Assembly (NCBI GenBank): GCA_016182485.1
Contig: JACPGH010000002.1
Span: 26,608-90,607 of the forward strand
Length of the DNA: 64,000 nucleotides
Source: Candidatus Kaiserbacteria bacterium
GTDB taxonomy: Bacteria > Patescibacteriota > Minisyncoccia > Phycocordibacterales > Phycocordibacteraceae
Direction: 5' to 3'
In this document: positions 46,290 through 54,844 of the stretch, in pieces
How positions within the stretch are numbered: position 1 is the first letter of the stretch
Layout: each line of letters begins with the position of its first letter
Translations under genes and position numbers: made by a program
The notes under the pieces: model-generated
What the model saw: only the letters and a program-made list of their open reading frames with translations
Told to the model about the DNA's origin: nothing
The model's database searches: none

Positions 46290-46904
46290 TTAGCCGACGA
46301 GCGGCACGAAAGCGAAGCCGGGATGCGTCTCGATTGACAGGCGCTCGCCGGTTTCCTTCGTGACGCTCACGATAGCGTCGCGCACTGGGGCGACCATGCG
46401 TCCTCCGATCGTGAGCTGGGCGATGAGGGCGTTCGGGATGTCTGGGGCCGAGGCCGAAACGAGGATACGGTCGAAAGGAGCTTCGCGGGGCAGGCCGATC
46501 TTATTAGCCGCTTGCCGTATTTCAGCATGAGGAAAATGGAATGCGCGCAGATTGCGCCGTCCGTATTCGACTAGTTCGTGGACGATCTCGACACCCAATA
46601 CGCGGCCCCTCGGCCCGACAATGGTCGCGAGGAGCGCCGTAGTGTATCCGGAACCGGAGCCCACATCCAATACCCGGTCGCCTTTATGCGCGTCCAGGAG
46701 CTCGAGCATAAAGGCGACGACATAGGGCTGCGATATAGTCTGCCCGGCACCTATGGGAAGCGCCGAGTCGGAATAGGCGAGGTCGCGCAGGTGTTCCGGA
46801 ATAAAAAGCTTCCTATCCACTTTCTTGAACGCGGAAATGACGGCCGGGGTCTGTAGAACTCCGATGTGGCGCAAATATTCAACGAGAGCTTTATTCGTTT
46901 TCAT
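46290..46904 (-). CDS. pcm: protein-L-isoaspartate O-methyltransferase
   Basis: Contains TISQPYVVA and VLDVGSGSGY. The MKTNKAL start is preferred. Confidence 0.85.
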   Translation of the reverse strand: MKTNKALVEYLRHIGVLQTPAVISAFKKVDRKLFIPEHLRDLAYSDSALPIGAGQTISQPYVVAFMLELLDAHKGDRVLDVGSGSGYTTALLATIVGPRGRVLGVEIVHELVEYGRRNLRAFHFPHAEIRQAANKIGLPREAPFDRILVSASAPDIPNALIAQLTIGGRMVAPVRDAIVSVTKETGERLSIETHPGFAFVPLVG

Positions 46905-47917
46905 TTCCCGCGGCCGAAGTATTGCTTCAGGAGCGCGACGTGGCCCGCATACGTTTCCGAACAATGGAAGCGCCCGGAATCGTCATGGAAGTAGAAGATG
47001 CACGAAGTCTCCTTCGGATTGAGCGCGGCGAGAATGGCGGCCACCGAAGGGCTCGCGATAGGGGTGGGAGGCAAGCCCGGATTTAGATACGTATTGTAGG
47101 GGGATTTACGGAATTGATCTCCCGGCGCGACTGCCGGCCACCAGCTCCTCGTCGTTGCCTTGGTCGCCTTCACGTATTGCAGAGTAGCGTCGATCTGGAG
47201 ATTCATGTTGATGAACAGCCGGTTCCAGATGATGCCCGATATGAGCCGCATGTCGCCATCGCCGCCCGCTTCGCGCTGAATAAGCGAGGCCACGGTGAGC
47301 GCCTGCTCGAGCGGCACCATGCTCGCCGTCGTCGTACCATACCGGGAGAGCACTTTCTCCGTAAAGCGGGCGTTGATCAGAGCTTGGGCGGTCGCCGGCG
47401 TTGAGTCTACGGGCATGGAGTACGCCCCTGCCGCGAAGGAGCCTTCCGCCAATGGGAGCCCGGCGCCAGGCAGAGCTGTCAGGAATGCCTTCTTCTCTTC
47501 GGAATCCCATTTCAGCGCCTTTCCAAACGCGTTCGCCACCTGCTCTTTGCGCATACCGGGCCTAATTAGAACGAGGCGCTCTCCGGTACCCGCGCTGGCG
47601 AGCATTTCGTACCACGGCGTCGCCGAGATATAGACAGCGAGCCATGCGAGGGCTGCACTCGCGAAGTCTCCGGCACTCGCGACCGCTGCCGAGAGAGGGG
47701 AAGCACTGCTTTCTAGAAATTCGTTCACCTCGGTGTTTTCGACTATCTTCTTCTCCTTCGGATTAACCGTGACGGGGAACTCGTCAAATGGCACAGATGA
47801 TTTTTGCTCGCTTTCAAGTGTAAACGCGAATAAAGCGGGAATAGAAATGATGACGGCACTTATAAGCACCACGGCTCCTCCCGCGATGAGGAGCTGTTTT
47901 ATGAATCTGTCGGACAT
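46901..47917 (-). CDS. mltG: endolytic murein transglycosylase MltG (YceG family)
   Basis: SPYNTYLNPGLPPTPI is present and an N-terminal TM helix. Confidence 0.85.
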   Translation of the reverse strand: MSDRFIKQLLIAGGAVVLISAVIISIPALFAFTLESEQKSSVPFDEFPVTVNPKEKKIVENTEVNEFLESSASPLSAAVASAGDFASAALAWLAVYISATPWYEMLASAGTGERLVLIRPGMRKEQVANAFGKALKWDSEEKKAFLTALPGAGLPLAEGSFAAGAYSMPVDSTPATAQALINARFTEKVLSRYGTTTASMVPLEQALTVASLIQREAGGDGDMRLISGIIWNRLFINMNLQIDATLQYVKATKATTRSWWPAVAPGDQFRKSPYNTYLNPGLPPTPIASPSVAAILAALNPKETSCIFYFHDDSGRFHCSETYAGHVALLKQYFGRGK

Positions 47918-47932
47918 AAAAAATATTGTACA

Positions 47933-48286
47933 TCACGGCTGGGCAAGATAGGTAATGCGCGAGACGACGACGTGCTCGCGTTCGAGCCGGCCGACGACGG
48001 AGACGCGGCCGGCGGTCCAGTTCGAAAAATCGTGCGGCGGCAATTCTACGAAGGTCAGCGCTTTCGCATTAAGCCCGCCGCGCGCATCAGTATAGAAGAT
48101 GTAGGGCACAGGCCCGACGTTGTTCGGATAAAAAACAAGCGTGCCCGTTTCTTCAAATATCGGCAGAACGATTTCCTCCGACTTTTCCTCAGGAAAAGCT
48201 AACCGTTCCCGCCGCTCTTCAAAGAATATGAAGAGCGCATACATAACTACGAAAACGATGATAATTCCCCCGATCGCCCGCACCAT
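47933..48286 (-). CDS. hypothetical membrane-anchored protein
   Basis: N-terminal TM helix. Length 117 aa. Confidence 0.45.
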   Translation of the reverse strand: MVRAIGGIIIVFVVMYALFIFFEERRERLAFPEEKSEEIVLPIFEETGTLVFYPNNVGPVPYIFYTDARGGLNAKALTFVELPPHDFSNWTAGRVSVVGRLEREHVVVSRITYLAQP

Positions 48287-48317
48287 CGGGAGGAAGATAC
48301 CTTACGAGATATTAACT

Positions 48318-48947
48318 TTAGCTGACGAGTTCGGTCATAACGACGAGGCGTTCGTCGTACGTGAACCCTATCGAGTCGTCGCGGATACCTTTGCCTGCGC
48401 AGGTGATGAGGGAGATGCGCGGCGCGTCGTCACTCGTCTCTCCGAGGACTGATTGCGGCACCGCCTGATAGGGATACGTTTGCTTGCTGACCACCCGGAA
48501 CGTCCGCTTCTCGCCGTCTTTGGTCGTTGCGATTACCAAGTCGCCGATCTGGATGTCGCTCAGATGCTTAAAGACTCCAGGCAGGCCGAGCCCGTTGTCG
48601 TAGTGGCCGTACATTACCGCCGTGCCCGGCTCTCCCGGCACCGTCCCGTATTTGAACCAGCCGGCGTCCGCGAAGCCCGCCGGAGCCTGCATGCGGTTCC
48701 CGGCCACGAGACCCAAGTGCTGGACGGCCGCGTCGATATTCAACGAGGGGATCGCCAGGCGTGCGGGATATTCGCCGGGCAGGGGAGCGGGTATAGAAGA
48801 AGGGGTAGTCGTTGGCGGGACTATCACTTCCGCCTCCGGGCTATACGCCACCGTTCTTAAGATGGTTGAAACAAATACGAGCGCTCCAACGAGCATTCCG
48901 CCGACTGCCAGCCAAACAGGCGATCTATGTCGCATTATGCCAACCAT
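48318..48947 (-). CDS. sortase (class E/F-like transpeptidase)
   Basis: Has an N-terminal TM helix, the catalytic His region MYGHYD and the LITCAG cysteine motif. Confidence 0.8.
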   Translation of the reverse strand: MVGIMRHRSPVWLAVGGMLVGALVFVSTILRTVAYSPEAEVIVPPTTTPSSIPAPLPGEYPARLAIPSLNIDAAVQHLGLVAGNRMQAPAGFADAGWFKYGTVPGEPGTAVMYGHYDNGLGLPGVFKHLSDIQIGDLVIATTKDGEKRTFRVVSKQTYPYQAVPQSVLGETSDDAPRISLITCAGKGIRDDSIGFTYDERLVVMTELVS

Positions 48948-48968
48948 ACACCCACTAGACGGTGGCGG

Positions 48969-49214
48969 CTATTTGCTTTTGGCGAGGGCGCGGCGCATGT
49001 AGACTGCGCTCCCCGCGAAGAGGGCGATAGACCCGGCGAGGAGCAAGAGATTGAGGTCAGCTGCCGCACCGGCTCCCGTAGCAGGAGGCGTCGTTGTCGC
49101 CTGCGCATGCGCCAGAGAAGCTCCGTATAGCGCGAGCGGCAGCGACGAAAGTCCGACCGTTCCGATCCGAATAATATTCCTCATGGAAGTTGAATTACTG
49201 AATAAAATGCGCAT
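48969..49214 (-). CDS. small secreted protein with PATG motif, C-terminal TM helix and basic tail (candidate sortase substrate)
   Basis: A signal peptide, then TPPATGAG, a hydrophobic stretch and RRALAKSK. It is adjacent to the sortase gene. Confidence 0.45.
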   Translation of the reverse strand: MRILFSNSTSMRNIIRIGTVGLSSLPLALYGASLAHAQATTTPPATGAGAAADLNLLLLAGSIALFAGSAVYMRRALAKSK

Positions 49215-49312
49215 TCAGCGCATGGCCATAATTTCAGAATATCCGTGAAGTCTGAGTGAAAAGAAGCGCCGCGGCCAATGGCCGCGGCGTGAACTCCTGC
49301 TCCCTTCTGCGG

Positions 49313-49528
49313 TCACCACGCGTCCGCGCTGGCGCACGCGTCCGAACAGTAGATCGCTACTTGGGTGGGCGGAATGGGGTTGCCGCACGCCTGTCTCGCG
49401 CATTTGCGTCCCTGCGGATGGCCGTGGGGCAGCCACCCCTTGTTGCCACAGGTGACGCATCCCAGGCCGCCGCACTTCCCGCACTGCGCCGCATCAGGCG
49501 GGTACATCTTGTCCCTCGGTATGTCCAC
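49313..49528 (-). CDS. small Cys-rich (zinc-ribbon-like) protein
   Basis: GTG start with AAGGAGG 5 nt upstream. Cys pairs include CGKCGGLGCVTCG, CARQAC and CSDAC. Confidence 0.55.
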   Translation of the reverse strand: MDIPRDKMYPPDAAQCGKCGGLGCVTCGNKGWLPHGHPQGRKCARQACGNPIPPTQVAIYCSDACASADAW

Positions 49529-49608
49529 TCGCGCCTCCTTGGCGATTGTCTAATTCACATTTAACCTATAACGCGCCGAAAGTCAATGTCCTGAATTCAT
49601 GCCACTAT

Positions 49609-49644
49609 AAAACAAAAAAACCACCTACACAGGGTAAGTGGTTT
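49609..49644 (-). terminator. intrinsic terminator (minus strand)
   Basis: Hairpin AAACCAC...GTGGTTT followed on the minus strand by TTTTTTTGTTTT. Confidence 0.6.
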
Positions 49645-50024
49645 GCATTCCGCGCGAGGCGGAGAAAGAACGGTTGGGGAGCGGGGCGGCCCGACTAGGC
49701 GGGCCGCCCCCGACCTCCGGAGGAAGTTGAGCGCGCTAAGGCGCTTGCCCCGTTGTCATGCGGGGCTTGGGCGGTTACTCTCTCGGCCGTACGGCGGCGA
49801 TCGTTGATCACCATACGTCGTATCAACGCCGTACGGCAACTGCCTAGCCCGGCGGACTCTCCATGGAGGTTTAATCCTTCACATGCGAGTACGCAAAGTT
49901 CGGGTGCGCCCGGCACGCGACATGTCTGGTCGCTTGGCCGCACTCGGGGTGGTTTGCCACCCTTATGATCTGTGGCGATATTATAAGATACCTCTTGGGC
50001 TGTCAAGGAAATGTCCACAACCGT
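49645..50024 (-). ncRNA. candidate structured non-coding RNA or long structured 3' UTR (unclassified)
   Basis: About 380 nt and GC-rich with several strong helices (GGGCGGCCC/GGGCCGCCC; CCGTACGGCG...CGCCGTACGG). It has no credible ORF and ends at a clean terminator. Confidence 0.3.
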
Positions 50025-50522
50025 CTAGGGTTGGAACAGTTCCTCGGGAAGGAAGCGGACGGACTGGACAGCGGGGAATTGTCTGGCTGTGGCTTCTATC
50101 TGGTGCCAAAGGATCGCGACGCGGCAGGAACCGCCGCCGGTTTTGTTTTGCGGATCGTCAAACGTGAGAGTCGCGACGCCGTCGGCTATAGCGGCGCTCT
50201 TGAGCGCGACGCCGGCGAGCGGAAACTCGGATGTTATTCCGCGCGCTTTTTCTGCGGGAGAGAGCTCGCCCCGTAGGAGAAGCCGGATTGTGTCCGCTAG
50301 CGGCGTCGCTGTCTTCGGCATGACGCGCCCCACGGCAACGAGTCCGTTCTTGGAGCATTGCGCGCCGCCCGGTCCTTGGTCGAGCGCGGGATTGTAATAA
50401 TAGAGCTTGACGGAGATTCCTTCTGCGCTCGGAACAGGCTCTTCCGGATTTTTCGGCCACAGGAGCCAGCCGAGAAGCACGAGAAGAAGTATTCCCGCGA
50501 TAACAAGCATCGTTTTTTGCAT
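50025..50522 (-). CDS. GerMN-domain lipoprotein-like protein
   Basis: Has a TM/signal region followed by a GerMN-like region. The MQKTML start is preferred. Confidence 0.55.
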   Translation of the reverse strand: MQKTMLVIAGILLLVLLGWLLWPKNPEEPVPSAEGISVKLYYYNPALDQGPGGAQCSKNGLVAVGRVMPKTATPLADTIRLLLRGELSPAEKARGITSEFPLAGVALKSAAIADGVATLTFDDPQNKTGGGSCRVAILWHQIEATARQFPAVQSVRFLPEELFQP

Positions 50523-50561
50523 AGGTGTAGTGTAACTCTCTCTGCATGCGGGGAGTACTAT

Positions 50562-50876
50562 ATGAATATGAACAAAGACATAATCGGATACGCTGCGCTC
50601 CACGGGGGCGCTGTCGCTTTGTATATTTCGGGCATCGCTTTCTTTATAAACAATGCGGACCGATGGTTTGGAAGGCTGGAGGATACTCCGGCGGCGCCGG
50701 TACTCATGCTTACTCTTTTCGTACTTTCTGCCGCCATCACCGGCTCGCTAGTCCTCGGCCGGCCTCTGATCTGGTTCCTAGATGGCAAGAGGAGGGAAGC
50801 TGTCGCGCTTTTCATCTCGACGCTCGCCGTTCTGCTTTTATTCGGCGCGGGGCTCGCAGCGCTCGTTCTCAGATGA
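50562..50876 (+). CDS. hypothetical small membrane protein
   Basis: Three TM helices. Length 104 aa. Confidence 0.5.
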   Translation: MNMNKDIIGYAALHGGAVALYISGIAFFINNADRWFGRLEDTPAAPVLMLTLFVLSAAITGSLVLGRPLIWFLDGKRREAVALFISTLAVLLLFGAGLAALVLR

Positions 50877-50883
50877 AATTAAA

Positions 50884-50918
50884 AGGCCGCCCGAGAGGCC
50901 GGGCGGCCTCTCGGGCGG
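50884..50918. terminator. GC-rich palindrome GCCGCCCGAGAGGCC-GGG-CGGCCTCTCGGGCGGC between convergent genes
   Basis: A 15-bp stem. It shares its core with the hairpin at 59021. Confidence 0.55.
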
Positions 50919-50919
50919 C

Positions 50920-51219
50920 CTAGTTCAAGGAGGCCATGTACCGCAATCGCTCGGCGGTTGCATCGGCCGCCTTGGAAGCAGCCTCGTCCTTCACGACGAT
51001 GACCAGCCGGCCGCGCGCTTCCTGGATCTGTTCATAGACCCGGAGCGCGTCCTCGATGACCTCTCCAGCTGGCCGACCCGTGAGTCGGCAGAGCTTCTCG
51101 GTCCGGTTCTCGATCCGGTTCCGCCGCCGCTTTTCTTCTCGCCGCTGGAGGTGTGCCTCGATCAAAAAAATTGCCCCTGTAGCGGCTGCGATGCAGGCTG
51201 TAGACAGGACCCAACTCAT
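50920..51219 (-). CDS. hypothetical protein with N-terminal TM helix
   Basis: AAGGAG lies upstream of the ATG. Length 99 aa. Confidence 0.5.
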   Translation of the reverse strand: MSWVLSTACIAAATGAIFLIEAHLQRREEKRRRNRIENRTEKLCRLTGRPAGEVIEDALRVYEQIQEARGRLVIVVKDEAASKAADATAERLRYMASLN

Positions 51220-51349
51220 GTTGTCTCCTTCCTGGTCGCGATTCGTGCAGTCTATGTTTAAGGTAGCTTCTATACAGAAAGCGGTCAAATCATTACCGGC
51301 GACTGGCACATTCACCTTTTTTTAAGGGGAAGGGGAGTACGGTCAGGGC

Positions 51350-52192
51350 ATGTCTATCGTGCAAAGGGGACAGGTACGAGGGCTTATGATAGGGGCGCTC
51401 GTCGGCGTCGTACTCGGAGCCGGCGTGCCGCTCCTCTTGAGCCCTATAGCCGCGGCCCAGACTGTCCCCACGGGCGCATTACAGGCGGCTGATGCCGAGT
51501 TTGTTTCTATGGTGGAAACTGCCTCGAGCGCGGTGGTGAGTATTACCATCTCGGCACCTTCTGAGCCAAGATCGGCGAATCCTTTCTGTGACGACCCGAT
51601 CTTTCGGCAGTTTTTCGGCGATGAATGCCTTGCGCCCGGTACCGGTTTCCCTACGGTAGAGACGGTCGGCGCGGGAACCGGATTTTTCGTCTCTTCTGAT
51701 GGCGTCATCTTAACTAACTATCATTTAGTGAATGTGCCTGGCGCGACATACACGGTGATGCTGAACGATGGCCGGCAATTCACGGCCGAGGTTCTGCGCA
51801 CTGATCCGGCGCAGGATGTGGCCGTGCTAAATATCGAGGCAAGCGGCGTGCCGTTCCTCGCCCTCGGCGATTCCGATTCGATCCAGATCGGGCAAATGGC
51901 CGTCGCGATCGGGAACGCCTTCGGCCAGTTCTCGAATACGGTCTCGCGAGGCATCGTATCCGGCATCGGGCGCTCGGTGGTGGCGAGCGCCCGGGGCGGC
52001 GGGGCTGAAGAACTCTCGGAGGTTATCCAAACCGATGCGGCGATCAATCCGGGCAATTCGGGCGGCCCGCTCATCAACAGCGCGGGGCAGGTCATCGGCA
52101 TCAATACGGCGACGATAATCGGGGCGCAGAGTATCGGCTTCGCTATTCCTATCAACGCCGCGAAGACGGACATCGATCTCTTTTTAGATTGA
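51350..52192 (+). CDS. trypsin-like serine protease (HtrA/DegP S1C family, no PDZ domain)
   Basis: His region TNYHLV, Asp region DVAVL and Ser motif GNSGGPL. It has a signal/TM N-terminus. Confidence 0.85.
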   Translation: MSIVQRGQVRGLMIGALVGVVLGAGVPLLLSPIAAAQTVPTGALQAADAEFVSMVETASSAVVSITISAPSEPRSANPFCDDPIFRQFFGDECLAPGTGFPTVETVGAGTGFFVSSDGVILTNYHLVNVPGATYTVMLNDGRQFTAEVLRTDPAQDVAVLNIEASGVPFLALGDSDSIQIGQMAVAIGNAFGQFSNTVSRGIVSGIGRSVVASARGGGAEELSEVIQTDAAINPGNSGGPLINSAGQVIGINTATIIGAQSIGFAIPINAAKTDIDLFLD

Positions 52193-52269
52193 GCAGAATA
52201 GAGTGCGGCCCTCGCAATGTGAAGGGCTCCGCGATTGGTCGCGGAGCCCTGGCCCGTCTCTCGGGCGAA

Positions 52270-53253
52270 CTATCTTCCCGTGCTGTCATACATGCGGATC
52301 TTATTTTCCACAGTTTTCCGGCAGAAGCCGGAAATTCTCGCCGCCGCCGCTACGTTCCCGCGGACCCTATCGACGAGCGCCATTATGTACTTCTTTTCCA
52401 TCTCCTTGAAGGTGGGAAAGGAATTCTCGCTCTCGCCGAAGGCAGTCGTATCGATGCTGCTGTCCCGGCCCGAAAAGCAGATATGCTCGGCGCTGATCTG
52501 CTCCTCCTTCCCGGCCATGAACACGGCCCGCGAGACCGTGTTCTTGAGCTCGCGGACGTTGCCCGGCCAGGTGTGGGCGGACAGCAGGGACAAAGCTCCA
52601 TCCGAAAACCCCTTTGGCGAGGCATTCTCCTGCCAGAGGAAGTGCAATGCCAGAGGGACGGCGTCTGCCTTGCGTTCCCGCAGGGGCGGGAGCGTGAAGG
52701 TAACGACGTCCAGCCGATAGTAGAGATCCTCCCGGAACTCGCGCCGGTGCACCAGCGACTCCAGGTCGGCGTTGGTAGCGGCGATGATCCGGGTGTTGAC
52801 GGGAATCTCCTGCGCACCGCCGACGGAACGGAAGCTCTTTTTGTCGAGCAGTCGAAGGAACTTCGCCTGCATGTGAAGCGACATGTTCGCAATCTCGTTC
52901 AGGAAGAGCGTACCTCCCTCGGCTTGCCGGACCAGACCCAGCCTATCCCTAACCGCGCCCGTGAAGGCACCCTTCACGTTACCGAAGAGCTCCGACTCCG
53001 CTAGCTCTTCAGGCAGTCCCCCGCAGTCCACTAGTACGAACGGTCGCCGTTCTCCCGAATGGGCGTGAATCAGCTCGGCTAGGTGATCCTTGCCGGTTCC
53101 CGTCTCTCCACGGAGGAGGACGGAGTGTCCGGACACGGCGGCCCTTTCTGCGAACTCCCGCATCACAGCCGCCTCTTTGCTGACGCCCACCAGAGCGGCA
53201 GCGGGCTGTAAGGTGGCAAACGCCTGCTTCAGCTCGTTTAGGACCAGGCTCAT
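52270..53253 (-). CDS. sigma-54-dependent transcriptional activator, AAA+ and HTH domains only (PspF-like, no sensory domain)
   Basis: Walker A is GETGTGKD. It has the GAFTGA loop, an arginine finger and a C-terminal Fis-type HTH. Confidence 0.85.
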   Translation of the reverse strand: MSLVLNELKQAFATLQPAAALVGVSKEAAVMREFAERAAVSGHSVLLRGETGTGKDHLAELIHAHSGERRPFVLVDCGGLPEELAESELFGNVKGAFTGAVRDRLGLVRQAEGGTLFLNEIANMSLHMQAKFLRLLDKKSFRSVGGAQEIPVNTRIIAATNADLESLVHRREFREDLYYRLDVVTFTLPPLRERKADAVPLALHFLWQENASPKGFSDGALSLLSAHTWPGNVRELKNTVSRAVFMAGKEEQISAEHICFSGRDSSIDTTAFGESENSFPTFKEMEKKYIMALVDRVRGNVAAAARISGFCRKTVENKIRMYDSTGR

Positions 53254-53366
53254 GATCCGCCCCCTTTCGGAATGGTGTCAATGTATAGATCTGTCTCGGC
53301 TCAGATTACGTCAAATTATCTTAAAAGCAACCTCCCGCTCGCCTCGACGAGGCACAGAGTAGCCGC

Positions 53367-53432
53367 TGTGAAGGTCAGACCTTCACAAGCTATGATATCT
53401 CAAAGTCATACTGTGAAGGTCAGACCTTCACA
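53367..53432. repeat. paired 21-bp palindromes TGTGAAGGTCAGACCTTCACA x2 (locus 5) in the divergent promoter region next to the sigma-54 activator
   Basis: Palindromes at 53367..53387 and 53412..53432. The spacer is AGCTATGATATCTCAAAGTCATAC. Confidence 0.85.
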
Positions 53433-53521
53433 GCCCCGGCTTCGTCGTTGTTAACAGTGATTTTTTGCGGGCGGAGCAGGGAGGAGATACCATTACGATA
53501 GGTAAATAATCATCACTCATT

Positions 53522-54436
53522 ATGAAAAATAGGCTCTCAGTTCCCGTATTCATCGTCGCTGTGCTATTAGCAAGTGCGGCGCCGGCCTTGGCACAGACGG
53601 AAAGTGTCCCTCAGCCGAATACTGTGCGCCCAGCTTCAGACACGCAGAAGGTCCGGGAGCTACGGCAGAACGTAAAGACAGAGGCGCAAACCATCCGACA
53701 GGATGCGAGAACGGAACTGAATACGGTCCGTCAGAATGCCGTACAGAAGGCGCAAGAAATACAGACACAGGTGAAAATTTTCCGAGCCTCGGAAGTGGAA
53801 GCGTTCAGGGCGAAACGGGAGGAGGCGCAGACGAAGATCCAGCAGGTCCGGTCTGACGCCAAGGCCAGACTCGAGACGGCGCGGACGGAGGTCAAGACAA
53901 AGATCGAAGCGGAGCGGACGGAGCTGAAAGCGAAGCTGGAAAAGATACGGGACGAGCGCAAGAAGCAGGCGGTCGAGAAGATCGATAACCAAATAACCGC
54001 ATTGAGCGAACGCATGTCCAAGCACTATGTCGTGCTTCTCGACAAGCTCGACGGCGTGCTCGAGAGGATCGAGGCGCGCATGACCAAGGCAGAGGCCAAT
54101 GGCCGCGATGTCGCGCCCGTGAAAGAGGCCATCGCCGCCGCGAAGACCGCCATCGCTTCCGCGCGTTCGGCGGCGACGGTTCAGACAGGGAAGACCTATG
54201 CCCTCGCGATCAGCACTGAAGCGAATTTGCGTCCGGACGTAGGCAGGGCGCGAGACGCCTTGCGCACCGATCTCGAGGCATTGAAGAAGGCCGTGTTCGC
54301 CGCCCGGGATGCCGTGCATTCGGCCGCGACGAAGTTGGGGCAGATCCAGGGAGTCGACAAATTGGAGGTATCAACTGCGCCGGCCTCGACCACGACTCCC
54401 GCGACCGCCAGCTCGACTTCTGACGGGACCAATTAG
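53522..54436 (+). CDS. secreted coiled-coil repeat protein
   Basis: A signal peptide followed by long amphipathic repeats (apolipoprotein-like). Length 304 aa. Confidence 0.6.
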   Translation: MKNRLSVPVFIVAVLLASAAPALAQTESVPQPNTVRPASDTQKVRELRQNVKTEAQTIRQDARTELNTVRQNAVQKAQEIQTQVKIFRASEVEAFRAKREEAQTKIQQVRSDAKARLETARTEVKTKIEAERTELKAKLEKIRDERKKQAVEKIDNQITALSERMSKHYVVLLDKLDGVLERIEARMTKAEANGRDVAPVKEAIAAAKTAIASARSAATVQTGKTYALAISTEANLRPDVGRARDALRTDLEALKKAVFAARDAVHSAATKLGQIQGVDKLEVSTAPASTTTPATASSTSDGTN

Positions 54437-54456
54437 GAAAGATAATCTCTATCGCT

Positions 54457-54816
54457 ATGGATCAAATACCGACTACTCAGCCCGTTCCTACGCAAATGCC
54501 GACGGCCTCGCCGCAAATGCCGGAAGTAAAAAGTTGCTGTTCAAGCTCGAACAATGCGTGGCTGTGGCTTGGTGCTGCTCTGGTGCTCGTTTTAGCCGCA
54601 GGAGGCGGCATCTGGCTCTGGCAGAGCGCGCAGGTTGCTCCCGCTGTCCCGGAATCCATTGTTCCTGTCACGACGACATCTGCGACTTCGCCAACGGCCG
54701 CCGTGCCGGCAGACACCACTGGTTCGATTACCCAGGATTTGGTGAATATCGACGCGGAGACTAGAAGCTTCGATCAGGACCTCGACGCCATCGAAACGGA
54801 GCTGAACAATTTGTAG
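54457..54816 (+). CDS. hypothetical membrane protein
   Basis: One TM helix. Length 119 aa. Confidence 0.5.
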   Translation: MDQIPTTQPVPTQMPTASPQMPEVKSCCSSSNNAWLWLGAALVLVLAAGGGIWLWQSAQVAPAVPESIVPVTTTSATSPTAAVPADTTGSITQDLVNIDAETRSFDQDLDAIETELNNL

Positions 54817-54844
54817 CGTGCCGTTTTCTGCTAGACTGACCGGG

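Noticed and set aside
49645-50024. tmRNA or RNase P RNA
   Set aside because: I found no GGAAAGTCCGG P4 sequence, no tag-peptide frame ending in a hydrophobic tripeptide before a stop, and no tRNA-like 3' end. The region is left as an unclassified candidate.
11365-53432. Possible CRISPR array because of the repeated 21-bp unit with spacers
   Set aside because: Each locus has only two repeat copies, and the repeats are perfect palindromes. Spacers are 23-34 nt but are identical at two loci. There are no cas genes. This is not a CRISPR architecture.
53254-53521. Sigma-54 promoter (TGGCAC-N5-TTGC) for the gene divergent from the activator
   Set aside because: No match with correct spacing was seen by eye here. 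The match near 47750 has wrong spacing and lies inside mltG.
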